The notes under the pieces: model-generated
What the model saw: only the letters and a program-made list of their open reading frames with translations
What the model was told of the DNA's origin: nothing
Databases searched by the model: none
Made by a program: the position numbers and the translations under genes
Origin: Candidatus Hermodarchaeota archaeon
GTDB lineage: Archaea; Asgardarchaeota; Lokiarchaeia; Sigyniarchaeales; SOKP01
Reading direction: 5' to 3'
Assembly (NCBI GenBank): GCA_048885535.1
Contig: JBHLLO010000001.1
Span: 1-64,000, forward strand
Length of the DNA stretch: 64,000 bases
Part shown: positions 27,971-37,623 of the stretch, in pieces
Layout of the letters: each line of letters begins with the position of its first letter
Position numbering within the stretch: the first letter of the stretch is position 1

Positions 27971-29497
27971 ATGGCTTTACCTTTACCGGGAACACCAATT
28001 ATTCTTGACATAGGATCAGCGTATACAAAAGTAGGATTTGCTGGTGAACCTAGTCCTCGATTTGTGTTTCCCACTATAACTGGCACTGAAAAGTATAAAG
28101 CTGTAATGGTTGATGTGAGTGCAAGGAACATCTATGTGGGAAATGATGCTGCAAAGATGAGAGGCGTATTAAAGATTAAACGTCCTATAGAGAGAGGAGC
28201 AATAATGGATTGGAATGATTATTACGAACTTTTAAATTATTGCTTTTATTCTCTGTTAAGAATACCTGATCTTTCTCAATATCCTGTTTTATATACAGAA
28301 CCTCCTTTTTTACAAAAAGAAACTAAAGAATATATAGCTCAGGTGTTATTTGAAACACACCGTGTAAAACAGTTAATAATGGTTCCGACCCCTATCTTAT
28401 CTATATTTAGTGTAGGATTAACGAATGGTTTAGTTATTGAGAGTGGAGATGGTCTTACTTGGGTTTGTCCGATTATAAATGGTCAAATTATTGATCAAAC
28501 AGTGCAAAAGTTAACTTTAGCAGGCACCGATGTTAATCAATATCTGAAAAATCTACTAATGCGAGAAGGGATACATATTGAATCTAGTGCTGTAGACGAG
28601 ATTGTTAAGGATATGAAAGAACGAAATTGTTATTTTGTAATTGATCCAAAAAACCCTCCAAAAAAGGATGAAAAATTTAGTACTGCCATGCCAGATGGTT
28701 CCACCTTAAGCGTTCCACACTATATCTTTCATGAAGCTCCTGAAGTATTATTTCAACCTAGCCTAATAGGATATCCAATTAATAATATCCCTCAAGCTGT
28801 TATAGGAAGTTTAAACGGAATAGACAAATACTATTGGAGTGAATTACTATCTCATGTTGTATTATCAGGTGGTAATTTATCTTATTCGGGTTTTGAAGAA
28901 CGGTTAAAGTTAGAATTATCAAATTTACTCCCACAATTAGGCAAAATTCCTAAACCAAAACGAGATAAATCTAAAGAGAAAGAAAAGCCACAACTTAAGT
29001 CGGTTGAGGGATCAAAGAAAAAGCAAGATACTTGTCCACATTGTGGTTATAGAGTAGATTTATCAGATGGTAAAGAATTATGTCCCTCTTGTGGCGGCAG
29101 AATTGTTTTACCAGAACTTACGATTAGTTTAGATAAATCCAGTAAAGGAGCCCCTATTATTGATGGAAGGCTCTTCTGTCCTAATTGTGAAAAAGAAATA
29201 TCTGATTTTTCATCTATTTTTTGCCCATATTGTGGAAAGAGTGTTGAAACTCCCGAAATTAAAAACAGTGCAAAAAAGGGTATTGATTCGCCACCTCCTG
29301 CTAAAGAATTTGCTGGCTTTTACGATTCATCAGAAGAAGTTTTGAACTTCTTTGTCCCTGATAATCTAATATACGCAATATTTAATGGAGCTGCGATTTT
29401 AGGAACACTCCCCTCGTTTCTAAGACTATTTGTCACTTATGAGCAATTTCTTTCGAATAAGGACCTTTTATATAAAGATATAAGCGAAATTTTTTAA
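27971..29497 (+). CDS. Actin-family (Asgard actin-related) protein with zinc-ribbon insertion
   Basis: DIGSAYTKVGFAGEPSPRFVFP, PIERG, TEPP, LFETH, ESGDG, LAGTDV, MKERNCY, PEVLFQP, VLSGGN; insertion with CPHC/CPSC/CPNC/CPYC. Confidence 0.92.
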   Translation: MALPLPGTPIILDIGSAYTKVGFAGEPSPRFVFPTITGTEKYKAVMVDVSARNIYVGNDAAKMRGVLKIKRPIERGAIMDWNDYYELLNYCFYSLLRIPDLSQYPVLYTEPPFLQKETKEYIAQVLFETHRVKQLIMVPTPILSIFSVGLTNGLVIESGDGLTWVCPIINGQIIDQTVQKLTLAGTDVNQYLKNLLMREGIHIESSAVDEIVKDMKERNCYFVIDPKNPPKKDEKFSTAMPDGSTLSVPHYIFHEAPEVLFQPSLIGYPINNIPQAVIGSLNGIDKYYWSELLSHVVLSGGNLSYSGFEERLKLELSNLLPQLGKIPKPKRDKSKEKEKPQLKSVEGSKKKQDTCPHCGYRVDLSDGKELCPSCGGRIVLPELTISLDKSSKGAPIIDGRLFCPNCEKEISDFSSIFCPYCGKSVETPEIKNSAKKGIDSPPPAKEFAGFYDSSEEVLNFFVPDNLIYAIFNGAAILGTLPSFLRLFVTYEQFLSNKDLLYKDISEIF

Positions 29498-29631
29498 TTA
29501 TCTTTTTTAATCTATCTACTTCTATTGTTTCCAAAAATTATAATTTATATCTTTTAATATAGTTAATTTTTAATTCCAAGCTATATTAAAAAAATTAAAA
29601 TTTATTTTCGAGCACATTGAGGTTTTTTTAA

Positions 29632-30732
29632 TTGAAAAATAAACTACGGAGCTTAATTACAATAACCGTAATATTTTCACTATTTCTAATTTTGCTTCCA
29701 ACAGTTGCAGCTAAATCAAGGCAGAGCTATTTAGTAGATTTTTTATATCAAAATTATGATGAAAATAGAAGATTTGGTAATTCTTATGAGGATACATTCT
29801 ATGCCTTGGAAATAATTGATTACTATAATTTATATTCAATACCAGGCTTATTCGGAGATGAAGTTAAAATCGATAAGACTACTTTTATTGATTATTTAGA
29901 AACCAAGGTAGAAGAAATGTTCGATGATGAAGAAATTAACCTCTACGATTTATTCTATATATTAAGTTCGCTGGATATCTTAAATGGATTAGAATCATTA
30001 GACTCCAATTACAAATTCAAGATTTACAAGTATTTAAACCAGACTATAAGCCCGTTAGGAGGATTTTCAATTACAAATTCATCAACTGTAGTTAATTTAA
30101 TATCAACCTATTTTGTGTATAATATATATTCTTTAATTGAGGAACCTATAGTTAATCAAACACGCCATATAGACTGGATTCTTTCATGTAATAATACAGA
30201 TGGTGGGTATGGAGGGAATAAAACTTTACCCTCAACTATTTTGACTACATTTTATGCAATCCATTTAATCAATGAATTTTCAACTACACTTGTCAATGAA
30301 TCTGCTACGTTAAATTATTTAACTTCATTCTTTGGTAGTGACTCATATGATAAAGTTAATTATGGTGGATATTATCCAACCCTAATATCTAGCAATACCC
30401 TATTAAGTAGCACTTATTATTGTGTCAAAGTAATAGACTCAATTGATAATAATGAATTGCATTATAGCATAACAACAAATTGGATATTGGCACGTCAAAA
30501 TTTTCAAGATGGTGGATTTATTGATGAACTTTTTGCCCTAGGGCAAGGAATTTCCTCAATTGGCGCATCGTATAACGCATTTAAAGCATTACAGGTTTTA
30601 AACGCACTCAGTTATCTCAATCAAGATGTGTTTATGGTAGAATTCAACTACATAGTGTTAATAATTTTACTTTCAGTAATAGGAATTATTGCTATAATCA
30701 TTGTATTTGTTTGGAAAAAAAGAAAAATATAA
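29632..30732 (+). CDS. Secreted, membrane-anchored prenyltransferase/squalene-cyclase-repeat (alpha/alpha barrel) protein
   Basis: Signal peptide; repeats such as WILSCNNTDGGYG and WILARQNFQDGGF; C-terminal TM followed by KKRK; several N-glycosylation sequons. Confidence 0.75.
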   Translation: MKNKLRSLITITVIFSLFLILLPTVAAKSRQSYLVDFLYQNYDENRRFGNSYEDTFYALEIIDYYNLYSIPGLFGDEVKIDKTTFIDYLETKVEEMFDDEEINLYDLFYILSSLDILNGLESLDSNYKFKIYKYLNQTISPLGGFSITNSSTVVNLISTYFVYNIYSLIEEPIVNQTRHIDWILSCNNTDGGYGGNKTLPSTILTTFYAIHLINEFSTTLVNESATLNYLTSFFGSDSYDKVNYGGYYPTLISSNTLLSSTYYCVKVIDSIDNNELHYSITTNWILARQNFQDGGFIDELFALGQGISSIGASYNAFKALQVLNALSYLNQDVFMVEFNYIVLIILLSVIGIIAIIIVFVWKKRKI

Positions 30733-30842
30733 CTATTATCTTATTTTTAATAATCATCTAATAATATTTAATTAAATTTTTGGTTTACAATCTTATATAT
30801 TGATTTTTTTATTCTTTGAATAATTTTATTGCTTGATTAATC

Positions 30843-31700
30843 ATGGAAAAAATCCTTGATGGTAAAAAGTTAGCAGAAAAGCTTAATTCTGAATTAAAAG
30901 TAAATATAATTGATATATATAAAAAAACTGGAATTAAGCCAAAACTGGCAGCCATACTAGTAGGTGAGGATCCTGCTTCAGAAATTTATGTTAATATGAA
31001 GAGAAAAAGATGCGAACAAGTGGGTATCCAATCAATTTTAATGAAGTTAAATGAACAAGTTACAGCAGAGAAAATATTAAAAGAGATAGATAAATTAAAT
31101 AATGATGAGACAGTTCATGGCATTCTATTACAGATCCCTTTACCGAATAAATTCACAGAGATTAAACAAAAAATATTAAAAAGGATATCTCCCCTTAAAG
31201 ACGTTGATGGTTTTAATCCTATAAATAAGGGAAGGCTTTTCGATTATGAAGAAGAATTAGCTCCCTGCACTCCTAAAGGTATTATTGCTTTACTAGAATA
31301 TTATAACATCAACATTAACGGAAAAGATGCGGTAATTATAAACCGTTCTAATCTTGTAGGGAAACCTCTCATTTTTATGCTTTTAAAACGCAATGCAACA
31401 ATTACAGTTTGTCATACTTCAACTAAGAGAATTGAAGATCACATGAGAAGAGCAGATATTTTAATTGTAGCGGTTGGTAAACCAAAATTCATAAAAAAAA
31501 ATCATATTAAAGAAGGCGTTATCATTATTGATGTTGGACAGAGTAGAGTTGAAGGTAAACTGTACGGGGATGTTGATTTTGAAGATGTATTAGATAAATG
31601 CGGGGCAATAACACCTACTCCTGGAGGAATTGGACCTTTAACTGTAGCTTTCTTACTCCAAAATACTTTTATAGCGTATAAAAAACAATTAAAAATTTAA
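30843..31700 (+). CDS. folD: Methylenetetrahydrofolate dehydrogenase/cyclohydrolase
   Basis: ILDGK, VHGILLQIPLP, KDVDGF, PCTPKG, RSNLVGKP, TPTPGGIGPLT. Confidence 0.96.
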   Translation: MEKILDGKKLAEKLNSELKVNIIDIYKKTGIKPKLAAILVGEDPASEIYVNMKRKRCEQVGIQSILMKLNEQVTAEKILKEIDKLNNDETVHGILLQIPLPNKFTEIKQKILKRISPLKDVDGFNPINKGRLFDYEEELAPCTPKGIIALLEYYNININGKDAVIINRSNLVGKPLIFMLLKRNATITVCHTSTKRIEDHMRRADILIVAVGKPKFIKKNHIKEGVIIIDVGQSRVEGKLYGDVDFEDVLDKCGAITPTPGGIGPLTVAFLLQNTFIAYKKQLKI

Positions 31701-31789
31701 AAAATAACACTTTAGAAGAAATAGAAATAAATATATTTAATACAAGACATATAGAGGACTATCAATAAAATTAAATACTTTTTGAAAAT

Positions 31790-32242
31790 ATGGCAATTCT
31801 TGAGTGCGGAATAAATCTAGGAATAAGAAATTTAATCGAAATTCGTTATTATTCTTCCTCAGATAATTTACTCGATCCAAATTTAAGAGCTGGATTTCTT
31901 TCCGCCCTTGAATCTTTTACTAGTGAGGTTTTTGGAGATGATATTAATGTTATCTCATTAGCCTCATTTAAACTTGTATGTTATTGTGATTTAGTTGCCT
32001 TACCTAATGATGAATCAAATAAGCAAGCTCTTTTATCATATGCGATTATTGAAAAAGAGACAGATGCTGAACTAGTAAAAAAGCTTCTAGAGAAAATTAA
32101 TTCACATTTCCTAAATAGATATTCTCTTAATGATATTTTTTCAAAAAATGAAAATTATTTTAAAGTTTTTGTTGATAGAATTAATGAAATTCTTGGAGAT
32201 TTGAAATTAAAAACAGAAGATCGATTTAGATCTATCTTTTAA
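31790..32242 (+). CDS. Longin-like domain protein
   Basis: DPNLRAGFLSALESFTSEVFGDDINVISLASFKLV, followed by the helix LLEKINSHFLNRY, typical of Asgard longin-like proteins. Confidence 0.65.
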   Translation: MAILECGINLGIRNLIEIRYYSSSDNLLDPNLRAGFLSALESFTSEVFGDDINVISLASFKLVCYCDLVALPNDESNKQALLSYAIIEKETDAELVKKLLEKINSHFLNRYSLNDIFSKNENYFKVFVDRINEILGDLKLKTEDRFRSIF

Positions 32243-32310
32243 GTTAATAAGTCCCAAAGATAAGGTAATTGTGGAATTATTAGCACAAATTTTTCGGGTG
32301 TTATTGGTTT

Positions 32311-33513
32311 ATGAGCTCAAATATCGGACCAGAAGCACAAGCAGCTTATCAGAAATATTTGGATGCTAATACTATAGAGGAGAAGATCAAAAGACTTGAG
32401 GAATTTATCTCTTTAGTTCCCAAACATAAAGCTACTGAAAAAATCGTAGCCCTAAATCGATCTCGTCTCGCCAAATTAAAAAGAGAACAAGAAGAACAAA
32501 AAATCAGACAAAAATCAACTTCTAAATTGATAAGTCCATTTTCAATTAAAAAAGAAGGTATTCAACTAATCTTAATAAGCGATTATTATGCTCCAGGTGT
32601 AGGTAAAACATCATTATTAAACTTTTTAACGGGAGCAGCAACAGAAAAAGTAGGGAAATTTACTCCTTTACCTGAAATTGGTATTTATGAGTTTGACAAA
32701 ATCCGATATCAAATTGTTGATATGCCTTCAATAATGAAAGGTGCTTCTAATGGAATAGGTAATGGTAAGGAAATACTTTCTCAATTAAGATCATGTGATT
32801 TAATATGTTTTTGTATTGATCTATCTCGTGATTATGATTCCCAAATACAATTATTATTAACTGAATTAAACAAATCAAATATTCGTATAAATATTTCCCC
32901 ACCGCCAATAACAATTGAGAAGACTGGTGCAAATAAAATACAAATATTTTTTCTTACCCCTGAAGCAAAAGAAACTGAAGAATTTGTGGAATTAACAAAT
33001 AGAATAAAGGAAATTATAACTGAGAATGGTATTAGAAACGCTATTGTCAAAGTTTTTGGCGAAATAACTCTTAATCAAGTTGTTGATGCATTGAATCCTT
33101 CTGTAGTATACAAAAAAGCAATAATTATTGGAACAAAAGGAGATCTACCAGGTACAAGGAAAAAGTTTGAAAAAATGAGGAGATTATATTTGACTCAATT
33201 CCCTATAATAATTGGATCCAGTGTAAATAAAAAGGAATTCCCTGATAATTTTGGAGAAATAATTTTAAAATTTCTGGACAAAATCAAAATTTATACAATG
33301 CATAAAGGAGTGATTGCTGAAAAGCCATTAGTGGTAGATTCTGAGCCAAATATGCCAAAAATAAAAGATATAGCATTAAGAATACATAAAAGCTTCTTTG
33401 ACCAGTTTGATTACGCAATAGTTCTTAGGGAGTCAGAACGTCAAAAACGTAAGAAAGTTGGTTTAGATTATGAATTAAAGGACAATGATATTATAGAGTT
33501 GTTTACTAAGTAG
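32311..33513 (+). CDS. DRG/OBG-family GTPase with TGS domain
   Basis: PKHKATE, PGVGKTSLL, QIVDMP, TKGD, IHKSF..F, KVGLDYELKDNDIIE. Confidence 0.88.
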   Translation: MSSNIGPEAQAAYQKYLDANTIEEKIKRLEEFISLVPKHKATEKIVALNRSRLAKLKREQEEQKIRQKSTSKLISPFSIKKEGIQLILISDYYAPGVGKTSLLNFLTGAATEKVGKFTPLPEIGIYEFDKIRYQIVDMPSIMKGASNGIGNGKEILSQLRSCDLICFCIDLSRDYDSQIQLLLTELNKSNIRINISPPPITIEKTGANKIQIFFLTPEAKETEEFVELTNRIKEIITENGIRNAIVKVFGEITLNQVVDALNPSVVYKKAIIIGTKGDLPGTRKKFEKMRRLYLTQFPIIIGSSVNKKEFPDNFGEIILKFLDKIKIYTMHKGVIAEKPLVVDSEPNMPKIKDIALRIHKSFFDQFDYAIVLRESERQKRKKVGLDYELKDNDIIELFTK

Positions 33514-36196
33514 AGAGAGGATTTTTTATTTTTTCTATAATATTCGGTATCTCATTTATTTCATCTTTATATATTGAATATACTTCCGGAATTCCATTCA
33601 AAATGTTTAGGATGCTCTCAAATGAATAGATTAAATTTTCTAAATAATCTATTATATCGCCTTTAAAAATCAAAATTTTATAGTCTTCTTCAAAAACTCT
33701 ACTTATTTCTTCAATTGAGAGGTTTTCCTTTATCCTGAATGATAATAACATTCTTTCTATACTTTTCCTCCCACACTCACAATAAGGGTTATCTTCACAG
33801 CCACAGTTAAAAATATCATTTACCCATTTTGTTATATACTCAATAAATTCGTTTGAAAATTTCTTTCTTTTTCTCACATAATCAGCATTCATTAAAGATA
33901 AGACGCTTGCACTAAAAAAATTATTACTGAAATATTTCATATTGATGTTTTTTGATAAATCTGATATTACTTTCTTTGATAAATATACATTCTTCAATGG
34001 TTTTAATTCTAGTACTATATTTATAATATTTTCAGCTTTTAATTTTAAAATATCAATAATCTCCATGCTTTTCTCAACAGTTAAAAAAGACTTTGAGACT
34101 GCACGTCCTAAATTACTGACTTTATAACTTGAATTATCATTTAATATAACCAATTTCATTTTTATTAGTTTTCTCAATAATAAGTCTATTTCATAATTAG
34201 CATTTATTAACTTTTTATTAAATTCATAGATATTTCGTATATCTATTCCCTCATTGAACATCGAAATAAATCCAAGTAATTCTGTCACAGATTTATCTTC
34301 ATCTGGATCCAATTCAAAATCTTTTATTTTTCCATTCAATAAATTAATGGCAATATTTTCTTCAGTAATTTTCATTTTAGGTACATAAATTTTTTCAGGT
34401 TCAACAAGTAGATATGCATAACCGACATCATGTTTTCCTAATCTTCCTGCTCGACCTAACATTTGTTCAAATTCTGCCACTGTCAGCACTTTTATCCCCA
34501 TTGCTAATGATTCGAAAATTACTTGTTTTGCAGGAAAATCTACGCCAGCCGCTAAAGCGGCAGTAGCGACTACCGCTGAAATTTTTTGGTTTTGGAACTC
34601 CATCTCGATTAACTTTCTTTCTTCATTTGTTAACCCTGAGTGGTAAGCTCTTACGCTTATTCCCCTTTTATCGAGGAGGGTTGATAGAGCTTCACATTTT
34701 TTTCGTGAATTAGTAAAAATGATTGATTGACCTCTGAATCCATAACTTGATTTTTCAAGAAAGGCTGATTGAATTAGCTTGATCATGAATTTTTGTTTTA
34801 GGGTTTCGTTTAAACATAGAATTAAATGACGTTCAATTGGCACTGGTCTATTATTGTAATTAATTAAAGTCCCACCTAATTTTCTAGCTAAAACTTCTGG
34901 AGCTCCAATTGTGGCACTTAAATATAGGTATTGTACTTCTTTATAATTAACTTTTAATCTAGCTATTAATCCATCTAATAAATATCCTCTATCTATATCT
35001 GTTAAAGTTTGAATCTCATCAACGATTATTGTTCCTATATTGCCTAATGATTCCTTGCTACCATTTCTTAATATATAATCAATAGCTTCGTAGGTTGCAA
35101 CGATAATGTCCGCATCGACTAGGTCATCTAAATTAGGGGGTTCATTTTTATCTAAAAGCGATTCTCCTATTTTCTTTACTATTTTTAGATCTAATTCTTT
35201 ATACTTTTTTTCGAATTCTTCTGTTCTTACATTTGCTAGAGCTACAATTGGTACTAAATACAACATCTTAAGATTTCTAGTTAGTATTTTTGAAATTCCT
35301 GCTACTTCACCGATTAAAGTTTTACCTGATGATGTAGGCGCCATAATTATTTGATTTTCATCATGACTCAATAATCTTTGATCGATGGAAATTGCTTGAA
35401 TGGGTAATAGCTTCTCAATTCCTTGATTTTTCAGTGCACTCTTCAGCTCTTTCGGTATTGAGATTTTATCAATGGAAATATTTAAGTAACGCTCAGAAAG
35501 AGGAGGGCTCTTCTCAATATCATATAGTGTAACTTCTTTATTTTTCACTGGATTGAAATTTGCTTTAAAAGAATTCAAAACCTTATCAATATTTTTAAAT
35601 TTTAGAATCATGTGGTTAAAGAAATTTTTCAGTTTTGGATTTATTCTTTCGGTTGAAATTAATCCAATAATTTTTGCTCGATTTAAGACAATTTCTAAAG
35701 CACAATCAGAACATAAAATTTGATTTTGAAAAGATCTGATTTGGTGATTTTTATTTAAAATATTAAATTCTTTTTTGTCTAAACAGGCTTTGCAAAAAGT
35801 TAAATTAATTATTTTGTCTTCAGGGATTTGGAAACTTTTCAACATTTTGTGAACTTTTAGAAAGTCATTAGGGTTAGTTTGGCTCGAAAAAGCCACAAAC
35901 TGACTTTTTTCAGAAACAAGAAACCTTTTAAAAATTTTTGGATCAACGGGTTCTCTATTTCCGTCCCTTAATATCTTTAAGAAAGATAAAGGGCGAAATT
36001 TATTTTTAAAGTCTAAACCAAAAAGTAGGATTCCCTTGAAAAAAGGCTCTTTTACATAAGTTATTGATTGCGTTTTTTTATTGAAAGATTTCAGGTAAAA
36101 AAAGTTGATATTAAAACAATTTTCTTTTTTGCTTTCTAAATTTTTATCTAATACAATAAAGAATTTTCTTTTAATAACACTCAATAGAATCTTCAC
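33506..36196 (-). CDS. Archaeal Ski2-like DEAD/DEAH-box helicase
   Basis: LLPIQ, APTSSGKT, DEIQ, LSAT, YHSGL, TAALAAGVDFPA, QMLGRAGR, C-terminal CGCEDNPYCECG. Confidence 0.9.
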   Translation of the reverse strand: MKILLSVIKRKFFIVLDKNLESKKENCFNINFFYLKSFNKKTQSITYVKEPFFKGILLFGLDFKNKFRPLSFLKILRDGNREPVDPKIFKRFLVSEKSQFVAFSSQTNPNDFLKVHKMLKSFQIPEDKIINLTFCKACLDKKEFNILNKNHQIRSFQNQILCSDCALEIVLNRAKIIGLISTERINPKLKNFFNHMILKFKNIDKVLNSFKANFNPVKNKEVTLYDIEKSPPLSERYLNISIDKISIPKELKSALKNQGIEKLLPIQAISIDQRLLSHDENQIIMAPTSSGKTLIGEVAGISKILTRNLKMLYLVPIVALANVRTEEFEKKYKELDLKIVKKIGESLLDKNEPPNLDDLVDADIIVATYEAIDYILRNGSKESLGNIGTIIVDEIQTLTDIDRGYLLDGLIARLKVNYKEVQYLYLSATIGAPEVLARKLGGTLINYNNRPVPIERHLILCLNETLKQKFMIKLIQSAFLEKSSYGFRGQSIIFTNSRKKCEALSTLLDKRGISVRAYHSGLTNEERKLIEMEFQNQKISAVVATAALAAGVDFPAKQVIFESLAMGIKVLTVAEFEQMLGRAGRLGKHDVGYAYLLVEPEKIYVPKMKITEENIAINLLNGKIKDFELDPDEDKSVTELLGFISMFNEGIDIRNIYEFNKKLINANYEIDLLLRKLIKMKLVILNDNSSYKVSNLGRAVSKSFLTVEKSMEIIDILKLKAENIINIVLELKPLKNVYLSKKVISDLSKNINMKYFSNNFFSASVLSLMNADYVRKRKKFSNEFIEYITKWVNDIFNCGCEDNPYCECGRKSIERMLLSFRIKENLSIEEISRVFEEDYKILIFKGDIIDYLENLIYSFESILNILNGIPEVYSIYKDEINEIPNIIEKIKNPLST

Positions 36197-36346
36197 TTAA
36201 CTTTTAACTTCAAAAAAAAGAAATGAAATTAACTAAATCAATTTTTCTGTTAATCCCTTTTGATTGGCATTAATGAATCTAACTTAAAAAGATTAGGTAT
36301 AAAATAAAATCTTAAGTAAAATCAAGAAATGTAAAAGAAATAAAAA

Positions 36347-36508
36347 TTAGAACCCAAAAATTTGTTTAATTTTATCATAGATCTCCTTAATTTGTCTAAG
36401 TTTTGTCTCATCCCCTTGGTTCAGAAAGTGCTCAATCCACTGAGCAAGTCCGTTTGATTCAATCCATTGTTTGAAATATTCAACAGCTTGACGATCTTCA
36501 GCAGACAT
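36347..36508 (-). CDS. Small 53-aa hypothetical protein (not in ORF track)
   Basis: MSAEDRQAVEYFKQWIESNGLAQWIEHFLNQGDETKLRQIKEIYDKIKQIFGF*; higher GC than the flanks, amphipathic helices, downstream T-rich tract. Confidence 0.7.
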   Translation of the reverse strand: MSAEDRQAVEYFKQWIESNGLAQWIEHFLNQGDETKLRQIKEIYDKIKQIFGF

Positions 36509-36622
36509 TTTTTTCCATACTTTTTTTTATTTCTATATAAAATTATAAATTATTCTATTTTATATTTTTATAATTTTATTTTACTTAGATAAAATTAATA
36601 TAAAAACAAAAGTGAAAATTTA

Positions 36623-37582
36623 ATGCCAGATGTGAGAATTAAAACCCCTAATTTAGATGATATATTTGAAAAATGGAAACAAAGTTCTGTAAGGAAAGAT
36701 CGAAAAAGAATGGAAAAACAATTTGGTACAAAAGGAGCAGTTTTTTCTCTTGATGTCATATCTGCTGCTGAATATGTTAAAGATACAATGAAAGAAGCAG
36801 CAATTTATTTTGCTGTTAAAAAAACTCTTGGACCATCAACTAAAGACAAAGAAGAACATATAGTATTAGCCCCAAAATTAGTTCGAGAATATTTCTATTC
36901 ATTTAAAGGATCAGAAAAGGTCAATAAAGATAATTGGAAGGGAGATGAATTGGTACCAACATATGAATCAATTCAACCAGTCTCTTGCAAAAAATGTGGA
37001 GGAAAAGGGTATCTTGATGAAAAATGTAAAACCTGCAATGGTAATGGTAAAATTGAAGAAAATATTGTTGTTTTAATAGGAGAAGACCAGAAAAAAGAGA
37101 AGAAACCTTTCTCATATCCTTGTGGCACTTGTTACGGCACTGGTAGTCGACGAGAATCATGTAAAGAGTGTGGAGGTCATAAAAGTTTATATAAATATGA
37201 GAATCTACCTGTTCCTTTTAAAACATTAATTACGGGGATTCCAATACTTCATAGTAGTGCTCAAACGAGATATGAAAAAGAAATGGGAGAAGATCTTCAT
37301 AAAATGCTCGAAGATGTTGAAGGAATTAAATTTAATGATTTCAAAGAATTAGAATCTAAATCAGAAGCTTCTTTGGGTTATTGGAATAAAAATATAAAGA
37401 AAACTATTAGTTCCGCTGGAAGTGACTATAAAACTTACCAGAAGGATAAAGACACTCAAATAACTACGCAAATTTATCTCTTTCCCCTTATTCAAATGTT
37501 CTGTGAAACAAAAAAAGGGAAAAAATTCGAAATCTATAGTCTAGGTTCAGCAAACAAATTCATGATTTATTCGAATTTCTAA
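36623..37582 (+). CDS. DnaJ-type cysteine-rich zinc-finger protein without J-domain (SSUH2-like)
   Basis: CKKCGGKG, CKTCNGNG, CGTCYGTG, CKECGGHK; no HPD motif. Confidence 0.7.
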   Translation: MPDVRIKTPNLDDIFEKWKQSSVRKDRKRMEKQFGTKGAVFSLDVISAAEYVKDTMKEAAIYFAVKKTLGPSTKDKEEHIVLAPKLVREYFYSFKGSEKVNKDNWKGDELVPTYESIQPVSCKKCGGKGYLDEKCKTCNGNGKIEENIVVLIGEDQKKEKKPFSYPCGTCYGTGSRRESCKECGGHKSLYKYENLPVPFKTLITGIPILHSSAQTRYEKEMGEDLHKMLEDVEGIKFNDFKELESKSEASLGYWNKNIKKTISSAGSDYKTYQKDKDTQITTQIYLFPLIQMFCETKKGKKFEIYSLGSANKFMIYSNF

Positions 37583-37623
37583 TACTTATTTTTTTCTAAT
37601 TATATTCATGTTTTAAGCTGATA

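Noticed and set aside
15502-30732. Possible Rab prenylation system (isoprenyl synthase, Rab-like GTPases, prenyltransferase-repeat protein)
   Set aside because: Neither GTPase has a C-terminal Cys motif, and the barrel protein is predicted extracellular without Zn ligands
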